Positions 45,898 to 57,972 of a DNA stretch of 64,000 bases are shown in pieces; position 1 is the first letter of the stretch, and every line of letters begins with the position of its first letter. This DNA comes from Candidatus Goldiibacteriota bacterium HGW-Goldbacteria-1 (lineage in GTDB: Bacteria > Oederibacteriota > PGYV01): assembly GCA_002839855.1 (NCBI GenBank), contig PGYV01000006.1, positions 16,367 to 80,366 of the forward strand. Reading direction: 5' to 3'. The notes beneath the pieces are model-generated. The model saw nothing but the letters and a program-made list of their open reading frames with translations, did not search any database and had not been told where the DNA came from. Made by a program: the position numbers and the translations under genes.

Positions 45898-47487
45898 ATG
45901 TCATCAAAACAAATTGCAAAATCAGCCGCTATAGTCAGTTTAATTACCATGCTAAGCAGGGTGCTTGGCTATGTGCGCGACGCCATTTCAGCGGCTATTT
46001 TAGGCGTTGGCTGGGTCTCTGATGCGTTCTTTGTGGCATTCCGCATACCCAACATGCTCCGCAGCCTTCTGGCAGAAGGCGCCTTGTCATCCGCTTTCAT
46101 CCCCGTATTTACAGATTACCTTGAGAAAAAGGACAGAAGGGAAACCTGGCTTCTTGCTGTTAATGTCTTAAACGCGTTATCACTTTTATTAGTCCTTATA
46201 ACCTTCGCGGGAATTGTATTCGCGCCGTTTATTGTAACCATAATGGCGCCCGGCTTTATCAATGACCCGCAGAAATTTCAGCTGACAGTATCGCTTACGC
46301 GGTGGCTTTTTCCTTTTATACTTTTTGTAAGCATTGCAGCTTTGTTTCTTGGAATATTAAACTCGCTTAAAAAATTCTCCATTCCTGCATTTGCGCCGGT
46401 TGTCCTTAATATCTCCATGATTTTATCCGGAGTATTTATCTGCCCGCGCCTTGGCGACACCCCGGAAACGCAGGTCTACGGCTGGGTATTTGGCGCGCTA
46501 TTTGGGTCATTTCTTGAAATATTAATCCAGTGGATACCTTCTGTAAAAGAAGGGCTTGCATGGAAACCGTTTATTAATTTAAAAGATGAAGGTTTGCGCA
46601 GAATAGGCAAGCTAATGATACCCGCCACACTGGCGCAGTCGGTCACGCAGATTAACCTTCTGGTAAATACAATCCTTGCATCACTGCTTGTAGAAGGCGC
46701 AGTCACATATCTTTATTACGGCAACCGCCTTATGCAGCTGCCGCTTGGGGTATTTGGTGTTGCCGTGGCAACTGTTTCTTTCCCGTTTATATCACAGTAC
46801 GCGTCAAGAGGGGATTTTGATTCTCTCCGCGACACCATACATTCATCACTTAAGCAGGCATTTTTTGTCGTCCTGCCCGCATCCGCGGGTTTAATAGCGT
46901 TAAGTGTGCCGATAAACCTGCTTCTTTTTAACTACGGCCGTTTTCAATACGACGACGCCATAAAAACAGCAGGCGTTTCCGCGGTTTACTGCACAGCCAT
47001 ATTCGCGCACACAGGGGTAAAGATTCTAACCCAGGTTTTCTACGCCATAAACAAAGCAGGAACAGCGGTAAAAATTTCCGTCTCTTCCATGATAATAAAC
47101 ATTCTTCTATGCGTTTCGCTTATGTTTTCCATGAATTACCTTGGTTTGGCGCTTGCCACATCACTTGCCGCGTTGATTCAGTTCATAGCGCTATATTTTT
47201 ACCTGTCTAAGTTCATCAACGGCTTAAAGACAAAAGAATTCCTGGCATATTGTGCAAAGGTCACGGTAATTTCGCTGATTATGGCGGGATTGTCGTATTT
47301 AACTTACTATCTGTTAAATGCCAACTTTAACGCCGCAGATTTCTCCCGCACTATTAACGGCTTTATAGTCCTTGCCGCAATAACGGTGGGAGTTATCTCA
47401 TATGGAATAATGGCAAAACTCTCCGGCCTTGATTACGCGGAAAGAATAATGCAGGGGATTGTTAACAGGTTTAACAAGAAAAAGTAG
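45898..47487 (+). CDS. murJ: lipid II flippase MurJ (MviN)
   Basis: The N-terminus SRVLGYVRDAISAAILGVGWVSDAFFVAFRIPNMLRSLLAEGALSSAFIPVF is diagnostic. The protein has 14 TM helices and 529 aa. Confidence 0.93.
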   Translation: MSSKQIAKSAAIVSLITMLSRVLGYVRDAISAAILGVGWVSDAFFVAFRIPNMLRSLLAEGALSSAFIPVFTDYLEKKDRRETWLLAVNVLNALSLLLVLITFAGIVFAPFIVTIMAPGFINDPQKFQLTVSLTRWLFPFILFVSIAALFLGILNSLKKFSIPAFAPVVLNISMILSGVFICPRLGDTPETQVYGWVFGALFGSFLEILIQWIPSVKEGLAWKPFINLKDEGLRRIGKLMIPATLAQSVTQINLLVNTILASLLVEGAVTYLYYGNRLMQLPLGVFGVAVATVSFPFISQYASRGDFDSLRDTIHSSLKQAFFVVLPASAGLIALSVPINLLLFNYGRFQYDDAIKTAGVSAVYCTAIFAHTGVKILTQVFYAINKAGTAVKISVSSMIINILLCVSLMFSMNYLGLALATSLAALIQFIALYFYLSKFINGLKTKEFLAYCAKVTVISLIMAGLSYLTYYLLNANFNAADFSRTINGFIVLAAITVGVISYGIMAKLSGLDYAERIMQGIVNRFNKKK

Positions 47488-47692
47488 TTTGTGTACTTGT
47501 TTTCTTTTTCTAATGTAGAGACGCAACATGTTGCGTCTCGCTTTTATGTGTGAATTTAAATTCTTGGTAGACACGGGTCTTTAGCCCGCGGCAGTAGATT
47601 TGATTCTGTTTATATCAGAAATCGCTCCTACGCTGTCAGCGTTTTTACAATGATTTGATAAGGGTAGTTGTTTAATTTTTCGCCAAAAATAG

Positions 47693-48133
47693 GTGGAGTT
47701 TATGAATAATAAAAATTCTTTAATTGTTTTCATTTCTTTTGTGTTTTGTTCTGTGTTTAGTGTCGTGTTTTTTTATCTTGTTAAAGGGGGATATGATTCA
47801 AACTCGGCGATTCGTTCATACTTTCTACTTGGCCAGTTGATGTGCGTCCTGATGATTGTCTATGCTGATGTTACGTATTTCTCGAATATTGACAAAGACA
47901 ATATGTTTAGATTTTTATTTCATCAAGTTATTATTTCTGTTACGTCGTTAATGAATTTAGTAATCATTCAACATTATATGGGAGTAATACTATTGTTCAA
48001 ACTACCGGTCGGATTTTTAATAATGATTAACATACTTATATTAACAACTGTTTTAGCTGCTATTTTATTTTCTCTTGAAAAAATATTCTTAAAATTTTGG
48101 GTTAAAGATAAAAGTGACACAATTCATTATTAA
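47693..48133 (+). CDS. hypothetical small membrane protein
   Basis: Four hydrophobic helices. No recognisable motif. Confidence 0.35.
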   Translation: MEFMNNKNSLIVFISFVFCSVFSVVFFYLVKGGYDSNSAIRSYFLLGQLMCVLMIVYADVTYFSNIDKDNMFRFLFHQVIISVTSLMNLVIIQHYMGVILLFKLPVGFLIMINILILTTVLAAILFSLEKIFLKFWVKDKSDTIHY

Positions 48134-48439
48134 AAAAAACACTGTTAGATCCTAGTTAATGCCTTGATGATTTAAATTCAACTACCGCGGGCTGAAGACC
48201 CGCGTCTACCAGGACGAAACAACTACTCGAAAACCACGCGCCCTGCCGACTCCTCCATAGCAAATGACATTTCCGCGACGGCAGGAAAAGGACGCGGCTA
48301 CCGGAATTTAATACAAAATAAAAAACAACATAATACTTTTTATCCTGTTTAGGTGTTAAATAGGTTGACTAATACCCAAAAAATTATTAAAATATGGGGT
48401 ATTCGGGCTTAATTCTGTCTATGGAAAGGGATTTTTATA

Positions 48440-49384
48440 ATGCGGAAAAGGACTGTTGTATTATTTGTGATTTTATTATTTGTATTATATTTATTTTCCG
48501 TGAAAGACGCTGATAAAACGGAAAACACGAATAAAAAACAGACTAAAGCGTCAATTAACCCAATAAATAAAGGCAAAATCGCTTTAATAGACATATACGG
48601 GGAAATTGGGGATACCACTTACGTTCTAAAACAGCTGCACAATTTCAGCAATATGAAAAATGTTAAAGCGATCGTCCTTCGCATAAACAGCGGCGGCGGC
48701 GCAATGGCCGCTTCGCAGGAAGTTTACAGCCTTGTAAGAAGAATCAGTTTAAGCGGCAAGCCCGTGGTTGTTTCAATGGGCGACGTGGCAGCTTCCGGCG
48801 CTTATTACATTGCTGCCGCGGCTGACAGGGTTGTGGCAAATTCAGGCACATTAACCGGCAGCATAGGCGTTATTATGATGTACATGACAGCGCGCGGCCT
48901 TTTGGATAAAATAGGCGTTGATTACGTTACTTTAAAGACGGGAAAATATAAAGATATCGGCTCTTTTGCGCGCGCCGCAACCAAAGAAGAAAAAGACCTT
49001 ATGATGTCCGTCCTTAAAGACGCGTTAAGCCAGTTTGTGGATGATATAGTGGAAGTGCGCTATGAAGCAATTGCCGCAGGCGCGGGTATCAAGGCAAAAA
49101 ATGATAAAGTAAAAAAACGGCTGGTAAAAGCTTACATGCTTTCCAATATAGCGGACGGCAGGCTTTTTACGGGTAATCAGGCGTTTAAACTTGGGCTTGT
49201 GGATTCCATAGGCACTATTGACGACGCAATTGAAGACGCGGCAAAAATGGCCGGTATAACAGGAAGGCCTTTTGTCGTAAAAGAAAGGTACAAACCAACT
49301 TTTTACGGCCTGCTGGAATCATCGCTTGCCGGGCTTGGTTTTAAATCAAAAATTCCATTAAATGGAAAATACTCATTAAGATAA
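48440..49384 (+). CDS. sppA: signal peptide peptidase SppA (36K type, S49 family)
   Basis: An N-terminal TM segment is present. The S49 core reads GGAMAASQEV...VVVSMGDVAASGAYYIAAAADRVVANSGTLTGSIGVI. Confidence 0.88.
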   Translation: MRKRTVVLFVILLFVLYLFSVKDADKTENTNKKQTKASINPINKGKIALIDIYGEIGDTTYVLKQLHNFSNMKNVKAIVLRINSGGGAMAASQEVYSLVRRISLSGKPVVVSMGDVAASGAYYIAAAADRVVANSGTLTGSIGVIMMYMTARGLLDKIGVDYVTLKTGKYKDIGSFARAATKEEKDLMMSVLKDALSQFVDDIVEVRYEAIAAGAGIKAKNDKVKKRLVKAYMLSNIADGRLFTGNQAFKLGLVDSIGTIDDAIEDAAKMAGITGRPFVVKERYKPTFYGLLESSLAGLGFKSKIPLNGKYSLR

Positions 49385-49402
49385 GCATATACACGGAGGT
49401 TC

Positions 49403-51871
49403 ATGATGGCAGACGCAAATAAAGGACCGAAAGATATGACACCTAATCCGCTTGAAGACGCGGAAAAGGCAAAAAAGGGTAAAGAAGAAAAGGCGGCAGC
49501 TCCCGCGGAACCCGAAGTTCCCGCAGGCCCAACGCCGGAAGAAATTGCGGCGCAGAAAGCCGAAGAGGAACAAAGTTCAATAATGTGGACGCGCGCGCTT
49601 CAGGTGGCGCTTTTAATCGGCGGCGCATTCCTGTTATTTCTGGGATTATCAGGCGAAAAGTTAATGTCGCTGCCCGCGGTAGCCGGCGGACTTTTATTTG
49701 TGCTGGCGGCTTTAATAGGCACAAAACTTTATCCCAGAATAAAAAAAGAAAACGCTTCAAAGCTGGGTTCGGTATTAAGGCTGGTGTTATTAGGCCTTGC
49801 ATCCGCTCTGGCAATATTTTACATAGTACAGCTGTTTAAACCGTTATCGCAGAAAATAAATATGGACGTAATAATGGCGGTACTTGCCGCGTGCTTTATA
49901 ATTTTCTGCGTTGAATTTATTGCCTACATGATTCACAACCCCAAGAAAATTTTATCTGACATCCTTATGTTTATAGCAACAGTGCTTTCAGCGGGAATGA
50001 TACTTGCTTTTTACTGGCACTTTGTTGTGCCTGCAATTGTGGCTGCCGCATTGGCTATAGCGCTTGTTTTATACGCGGTTAACAAAGACCCGTTAAAAGA
50101 TGACGGAAGGCTTGGTTTCAGGCTGTCAATGGCGGCAATAACGCTGCTTTTAAGCGGCCTTGTACTTGTTTACGCCGCGGGAATTTTTAATTATGCCAAA
50201 CAGGAAGTTTTAAGTTACACTGAAATAACACCGGCTTATAATAACGCCCCGCAGAACCTTGCGTGGTCAAATGACAGCTGGGCTCTTGCTTATACGGTTT
50301 TTAACCCCAAGAAAGGCGAAAACACGGTTAACATTATTCATGGCCTTACAAGGGGAATTACCGAAATAAAGACCACTCAGGAAACCGCAATACCGCGTTA
50401 TCTGGATGCGCCTGTCTGGAATAAAAACGGAAACCTGCTTATATTCTCCGGCGCTGCAACTGAAAATGGCGCCAGAAATATCTGGGCCGCTTCGTTTAAC
50501 CTTACATTAATGGAACTGCCCGATAATCTCCGCGAAAAATACGGCGATTACACGTACAACGCGATAAAGATGAAAGAAGAAAAAAAGAAAAACATATTTA
50601 ACTGGTTTGGAAAGAAAAAAGTTAAACCCTTATACACGGGAGACATAGAAACATTTGAAGACCAGGAAGCAAAGATAAAATACGAAAAACAGCTCCGTTC
50701 CAAAGAGCCTTCCGCTCCGCCCGGATTACCCAAGACCCTTGTAACAAGTTTTGACAAGGTAATTGATATGCCTTCAAACGCCATCACGCATAAAACCGCA
50801 TGGTCGCCGGACGCAAAAAGTTTTGTTGTGGCTGCAGCTGCACAAGATGGCGGCGATAATAACCTTTGGACAACAAACACCGAAAAACAGGAAATGTCAC
50901 AGCTTACAAAAGGGTTCAATAAATTTATGCCCCTTTGGTCTCCTGACGGTTCCAAGATATTATATGTAAGCAAGATTGACAGCTATACTTTCCTTGAAGT
51001 GAAAAACGAAAACGGTTCAGACGCAAGGGAATTAAACGTAAACAGGGCAAAAGACAAAGCCCTTTTCCCGTTGTGGAATTCACAGCAGAATAAGGTTATT
51101 TACATCAAGAATAATAAATTTGTTATTATGAATGCGGATTCAACCAACGGCAAGAACCTTTCAAAAGAAACGCTTCCGGATTCGCCTTTCTGGCTGACTT
51201 CTGAAAAGAAAAAGGTTATCCTTAATTTCACGGAAAGCGGCGAGATATGGAGAATCTGGACAATTAATAAAGACGGCAAAAACAATAAGGAAATTTTCAA
51301 GAGAAGCTGTGCGGGCTTTTCACAGCCAAAATGGTCATATGACGGCAAGGCAATTGCGGTCGGCGTAAATCACAAGGAAAGCGGCGAAATATGGCGCCTT
51401 GACGGAACCGGCGGAAACGAGCTTAACCTGTTTACAACAAAAAATGCCGTAACAGAACTTGAATGGGGCCCGTCATCTGAAAGGCTTGCGTTTATCGTTA
51501 AAAAAGGCCCTGCGGATAAGACCACGTTACAGGAAATGTGGGTGGTTGATAAAGAAGCCACCAATCCTTTACGTATTTATTACACCCAAAAGGGGAAGAT
51601 AAGCAACATGACATGGGACCATCAGAGCAAACGCCTTGCCTTTGAAGAGACATACCACAAATTTTACTTTCATGATGACGTAACAACAATAAGGATAGTT
51701 CACGCGATAGACGGGGAATTATGGGAATTGCTTCCCTATGAATTCTTCGGCAAAAACCCCGTCTGGACAGACGACGGCGATGTAATTGCGTACGTAGGCT
51801 GGAACAATTTCATAATGCCATCCATGCCCGGCATTTCAAGTTATAAGCTGTGGGCGGCAAGGGTACAGTAA
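49403..51871 (+). CDS. membrane protein with a charged N-terminus, ~6 TM helices and a C-terminal TolB-like PD40 beta-propeller
   Basis: RBS GGAGG is present. A KE/PA-rich N-terminus is followed by TM helices at aa 60-260. PD40-type repeats include WSPDAKSFVVAA and WSPDGSKILYVS. Confidence 0.6.
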   Translation: MMADANKGPKDMTPNPLEDAEKAKKGKEEKAAAPAEPEVPAGPTPEEIAAQKAEEEQSSIMWTRALQVALLIGGAFLLFLGLSGEKLMSLPAVAGGLLFVLAALIGTKLYPRIKKENASKLGSVLRLVLLGLASALAIFYIVQLFKPLSQKINMDVIMAVLAACFIIFCVEFIAYMIHNPKKILSDILMFIATVLSAGMILAFYWHFVVPAIVAAALAIALVLYAVNKDPLKDDGRLGFRLSMAAITLLLSGLVLVYAAGIFNYAKQEVLSYTEITPAYNNAPQNLAWSNDSWALAYTVFNPKKGENTVNIIHGLTRGITEIKTTQETAIPRYLDAPVWNKNGNLLIFSGAATENGARNIWAASFNLTLMELPDNLREKYGDYTYNAIKMKEEKKKNIFNWFGKKKVKPLYTGDIETFEDQEAKIKYEKQLRSKEPSAPPGLPKTLVTSFDKVIDMPSNAITHKTAWSPDAKSFVVAAAAQDGGDNNLWTTNTEKQEMSQLTKGFNKFMPLWSPDGSKILYVSKIDSYTFLEVKNENGSDARELNVNRAKDKALFPLWNSQQNKVIYIKNNKFVIMNADSTNGKNLSKETLPDSPFWLTSEKKKVILNFTESGEIWRIWTINKDGKNNKEIFKRSCAGFSQPKWSYDGKAIAVGVNHKESGEIWRLDGTGGNELNLFTTKNAVTELEWGPSSERLAFIVKKGPADKTTLQEMWVVDKEATNPLRIYYTQKGKISNMTWDHQSKRLAFEETYHKFYFHDDVTTIRIVHAIDGELWELLPYEFFGKNPVWTDDGDVIAYVGWNNFIMPSMPGISSYKLWAARVQ

Positions 51872-51886
51872 AAATTTAGTTTTTAA

Positions 51887-52090
51887 AGTAGAGACGCAAC
51901 ATGTTGCGTCTGGTTTTAAATAAAAAAAGAGGCGCAGAAATGCGCCTCTTTTTTTTGTCTGTTTTTAGTATTGTTTATATATGTATTGGTATATGCAGAT
52001 CTCTTGTATTTATAACGTAGAGACGTATCATGATACGTCTCGTTTTTGATTTTTAACAGCGAGACGCAATGTATTGCGTCTCTACATTAA
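51887..52090. repeat. cluster of family-C palindromes plus a bidirectional rho-independent terminator
   Basis: GTAGAGACGCAACATGTTGCGTCT at 51887-51912. Terminator AGAGGCGCAGAAATGCGCCTCTTTTTTTT at 51926-51957. Variants CGTAGAGACGTATCATGATACGTCTCG at 52017-45 and GCGAGACGCAATGTATTGCGTCTCTAC at 52061-90. Confidence 0.85.
51926..51957 (+). terminator. rho-independent terminator after the PD40 membrane-protein gene
   Basis: A 9-bp GC-rich stem with a GAAA loop and a T8 run, flanked 5' by an A7 run (bidirectional). Confidence 0.75.
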
Positions 52091-52311
52091 ACAACAAACT
52101 ACAAAATCTAGCGGGATAAAGACCCGCGACTATCAACGCTCTTATGTTTGACCGAGCTGCCGTTCTTCGTTTTTCCCAAGCATCTAACCATCCAATCTTC
52201 CAAGCATCCATATTGCATCTACTTTCAAAATCCTATTGACAACAAATTGCTAATCTGACAAAATAGTGATAATGGCATAGTAGTTCCACCAAACAAAACA
52301 GGAGAAACACA

Positions 52312-54255
52312 TTGTTTAAAAAGACTATACTGACATTAGCGGTATTTTTCCTGCTAAGCGGAACAGCATTTTCAGATATAGCACAAATCGGGACTACTTC
52401 TAACAACTTTCTGAAGATTATGGCACCCGCAAAGGCCGCCGCAATGGGTGAAACTTATGTTGCGCTGGCGGATGATGTGAATTCCATTCAATATAATCCG
52501 GCGGGATTGTCAAAAAGCATGCTTTCAGGAATATCGTTCACTCATATTATATGGTTTCAGGACATCGCGTTTGAAAACCTTAACCTTTCTTTTCCTTCAC
52601 CTGCGGGCACTTTTGGTTTTTCAATTAATTGGATGCACTTTGCCGACACAATGTTTAAAACAGAAGTTGACCCCGCTTCCATAACAGGATATTCCACAGA
52701 ATACGAATTCAGCCCTTATAGTTTTTACGGAACTCTGGCGTACAGCAAAGAATTTTCACGCGACTTTTACATAGGCGCAGCCCTTAAAATATTAAATTAC
52801 GCCATTGACCCCAATGACGACAAAGGTTCCGCGTTATCATTTATGGCTGATTTTGGACTTATCTATGACATGGAATTTTTAGAAGGGCTGTCCGCGGGCG
52901 TATCATTTAAGAACCTTGGCCCCGGCACTTCTTTTGTAAAAGAAACTTACCTTCAGCCTATGAACATCCTTGCCGGAATAGGCTTTGAAAGCCAATACTT
53001 TGACATAGAAGGCGGCGTTGAATATTACTCTGACAACAATATAAATTACTCCATCGGCGCAAATATCACTCTGTTTGAAGCCTTAAATTTAAGGGCCGGA
53101 TACAAAGGCGGCACAGTGCCGCGCCTTTCTTTTGGCGGCGGCATAGAATTCGGCGGAGCGGCAATTGATTACGCTTTTGTTCCTTATACTATAGACGGGC
53201 TTGGTTATACGCACAGGGCCACATTAACTTACAGCTTCGGCTCTCCGGAAGTTAAATTAAAAACTTATCCTGCTGTGTTCTCGCCAAACGGGGACAAAGT
53301 TGTGGATTACGTAAGGTTATTACCCGATGTCATGTCGCCGTCCAAAGCAAGGGCCGCGTCAATAAAAATTACAGACGCAATGGGAATAGCGGTCAGGACA
53401 GTAAAAATAAATCTCCGCAAAAAACTGTTCTGGAACGGAATGGATTCTCTTGGCATGCCTGCCGCAGAAGGCGATTACTTTATTCAGCTTGATGTTGATT
53501 ATGGCAAGGGAATTAAATCATCCTCCGCGCCGGCAAGGGTAGAAGTGGACTTAACACCGCCTTCTATTACTGTTGACGGCAGCCCCAAACTTGTAAAGCC
53601 GGGCAGGCTTGATACCCTGCTTGTACCGGTTAATTTTAACCTGTCCGCTTTTGACAAAAACGGCATTGGGCAGTGGAAACTTGTCATCTACGGCCCTGAT
53701 AACCTGCCTTTCAGAACTTATACGGGAACAGGCGACCCTATGATGGTAACATGGGACGGCAAAGACGACCTTGGCATAAACCAGGTGGATACAGGCAAAA
53801 CATATTCGTACGCGCTGTTTGCCTCTGACAGCGTTGGCAACTGGGGCAAAAGCAGGGCTAAACAGGTAAAAATACTTTTCAGAGAAGTGGTTATTAACCT
53901 TTCCGCTGACACGCTTTTTGACCTTGGCAAAGCGGACGTAAAGATAGCGGTTTACAGCGATATCAAAAAGATTGCCGACCAGATAAAGGGCTATCAGAAC
54001 CCCAAAATAACAGTGGAAGGCCATACAGATAACCTGCAGATGAAGCGCGGTGTTTACGCGGACAATATGGAACTTTCAAAAGCCAGGGCGCAGGCGGTTG
54101 TTAATTTCTTTGTGGAACTTTTTGAAATGGACAGGAATATTTTCAGGGTGGTGGGTTATGGCGAAAGCAGGCCGGTTGCTGATAATAACACTCCTGAAGG
54201 CAGGCGTGATAACAGAAGGGTTACAATAAGAATTTCAGGGATTGTTTATGAATAA
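52312..54255 (+). CDS. outer-membrane protein: N-terminal PorV/FadL-like beta-barrel + two FlgD-Ig-like domains + C-terminal OmpA peptidoglycan-binding domain
   Basis: A TTG start follows RBS AGGAGAAA, and a signal peptide is present. The N-terminal motif AKAAAMGETYVALADDVNSIQYNPAGLS resembles the PorV/UPF0164 barrel signature. FSPNGDKVVDY...WNGMD..G..AAEGDY and a second similar unit follow. The C-terminus VEGHTDNLQ...LSKARAQAV...RRVTIRI is a classic OmpA_C domain. Confidence 0.6.
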   Translation: MFKKTILTLAVFFLLSGTAFSDIAQIGTTSNNFLKIMAPAKAAAMGETYVALADDVNSIQYNPAGLSKSMLSGISFTHIIWFQDIAFENLNLSFPSPAGTFGFSINWMHFADTMFKTEVDPASITGYSTEYEFSPYSFYGTLAYSKEFSRDFYIGAALKILNYAIDPNDDKGSALSFMADFGLIYDMEFLEGLSAGVSFKNLGPGTSFVKETYLQPMNILAGIGFESQYFDIEGGVEYYSDNNINYSIGANITLFEALNLRAGYKGGTVPRLSFGGGIEFGGAAIDYAFVPYTIDGLGYTHRATLTYSFGSPEVKLKTYPAVFSPNGDKVVDYVRLLPDVMSPSKARAASIKITDAMGIAVRTVKINLRKKLFWNGMDSLGMPAAEGDYFIQLDVDYGKGIKSSSAPARVEVDLTPPSITVDGSPKLVKPGRLDTLLVPVNFNLSAFDKNGIGQWKLVIYGPDNLPFRTYTGTGDPMMVTWDGKDDLGINQVDTGKTYSYALFASDSVGNWGKSRAKQVKILFREVVINLSADTLFDLGKADVKIAVYSDIKKIADQIKGYQNPKITVEGHTDNLQMKRGVYADNMELSKARAQAVVNFFVELFEMDRNIFRVVGYGESRPVADNNTPEGRRDNRRVTIRISGIVYE

Positions 54256-54290
54256 AAAAAATATTTTTAAATTTAAGGGGAGGCAGTAAA

Positions 54291-55070
54291 TTGAGAAGAA
54301 AACAGTCGTATGACACAACAGTACAGTCGGTAGAAAGGACGCTGGATATTATAGAGACTTTAAGCGCGCACAAAACAGGCGTGGGAGTAACAACTCTTTC
54401 CAAAGAACTTAAACTTCACAAAAGCACTGTTCACAGGCTTTTAACCACGTTGATGCTGCGCAAATACGTGGAACAGGACACAGAGACTTCCAAATACCGC
54501 CTTGGAATGCGTTTATTTGAACTTGGAAACGCCGTGCTTTCAAAGCTTGATATCCGTCAGCACGCCATGCCTTATTTAAGGCAGCTGTGGAGGGAAACCG
54601 GCGAGACGATAGGCCTTGCCATTGTTGACCAGTATAAAGTCCTTTACGTTGACGTCCTTGAAACCCTTGAACGCGTAGGGGTAAAGTCCAACGTCGGCGA
54701 ACGCATGCCGCTGCACGCTTCTGCCTGCGGAAAAACATGGCTTGCCAGCCTTCCGGACGAGAGAATAAACGAAGTTATTAAACTTATCAAATTTGAACCT
54801 ATGACGCCTTACACGATAGATAACGAAGCCAAATTAAAGGAAGCCATAAAACAAAGCCGCGACATTGGTTATTCCGTGGACAATCAGGAATATTCGCCCG
54901 ATTTAATCTCTGTGGCTGCAGCTGTAAGAAACTTCAGAGGCAGGGTAATTGCATGCGTTGCAATCACTGCGCCTGCGTTAAGGACAGACGAAGCAAGAAT
55001 CAAAGACCTTGGCGAGCGTGTAAAGGTTGCTTCGCAGAAAATTTCCCAGAGCATGGGGTTTAATAAATAA
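54291..55070 (+). CDS. IclR-family transcriptional regulator
   Basis: A TTG start follows RBS AAGGGGAGG. The HTH reads VGVTTLSKELKLHKSTVHRLLTTL. A C-terminal IclR effector domain is present. Confidence 0.85.
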   Translation: MRRKQSYDTTVQSVERTLDIIETLSAHKTGVGVTTLSKELKLHKSTVHRLLTTLMLRKYVEQDTETSKYRLGMRLFELGNAVLSKLDIRQHAMPYLRQLWRETGETIGLAIVDQYKVLYVDVLETLERVGVKSNVGERMPLHASACGKTWLASLPDERINEVIKLIKFEPMTPYTIDNEAKLKEAIKQSRDIGYSVDNQEYSPDLISVAAAVRNFRGRVIACVAITAPALRTDEARIKDLGERVKVASQKISQSMGFNK

Positions 55071-55074
55071 GAAC

Positions 55075-55325
55075 AGGTTACAAGTAACAGGTTACAAGTA
55101 ACAGGTTACAGGTTACAGGTGACAGGTGACAAGTTACAGGTGACAGGTGACAAGTTACAGGTGATACGGCACAGGTTTGGGTTTGGTAGGCGCACCCTTT
55201 AGGGTGCGGCAGTTGAATGGCTTAGATTTGGTAGACGCGGGTCTTTAGCCCGCGGCAGTTGAAGTTGGTTATCAGCTGTAACTTGTAAGCTGTAACTTGT
55301 AACTTGTAAGTTGTTACTTGTTACA
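55075..55325. repeat. composite palindromic intergenic element
   Basis: Left arm (CAGGTTACAAGTAA / CAGGTGACAAGTTA)n at 55075-55165. Hairpin A at 55184-55215. Hairpin B at 55228-55260. Right arm (CTGTAACTTGTAAG)n at 55270-55325 in reverse complement. Confidence 0.85.
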
Positions 55326-55367
55326 ACTTTTTTTTAACACTTCATTTTAACGATAAAAGGAGACATT

Positions 55368-57543
<2,176 letters not shown>

Positions 57544-57597
57544 CAATTCCGTACGGGTAACACCCGGGAAATGCAAAAAAATGGAGGTTCTATTATT

Positions 57598-57972
57598 ATG
57601 TTTACAACTTTACTTTTCGCAGCAGAATCAGCAGTACCGGCAGCAGGAGCGGCAGCACCGGGCCAGCCGTCAATGATTGCATCTTTTTTACCTTTGGTTC
57701 TTATTTTTGTGGTTTTCTATTTTATGTTCATCATGCCGCAGCGCAAGGAACAGAAGAAACTTAAAGAAATGATGGCTTCACTTAAGGTCGGCGATAAGGT
57801 TGTTACCAACGCAGGCATAGTGGGAACCATAGGCAAGATACTTGAAAAAGACGACGTTCTTGCCATAAAGTGCGGAGAAAACACCACGATAAACGTACTT
57901 AGGGCTTATGTTTCCAGAAAAATAGAAAAAGAAGATGCTTCGCCTGTACAGGCAGAAGAACCTAAAAAATAA
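57598..57972 (+). CDS. yajC: preprotein translocase subunit YajC
   Basis: RBS GGAGG is present. A single TM segment is followed by FIMPQRKEQKKLKEMMASLKVGDKVVTNAGIVGTI. Confidence 0.88.
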   Translation: MFTTLLFAAESAVPAAGAAAPGQPSMIASFLPLVLIFVVFYFMFIMPQRKEQKKLKEMMASLKVGDKVVTNAGIVGTIGKILEKDDVLAIKCGENTTINVLRAYVSRKIEKEDASPVQAEEPKK

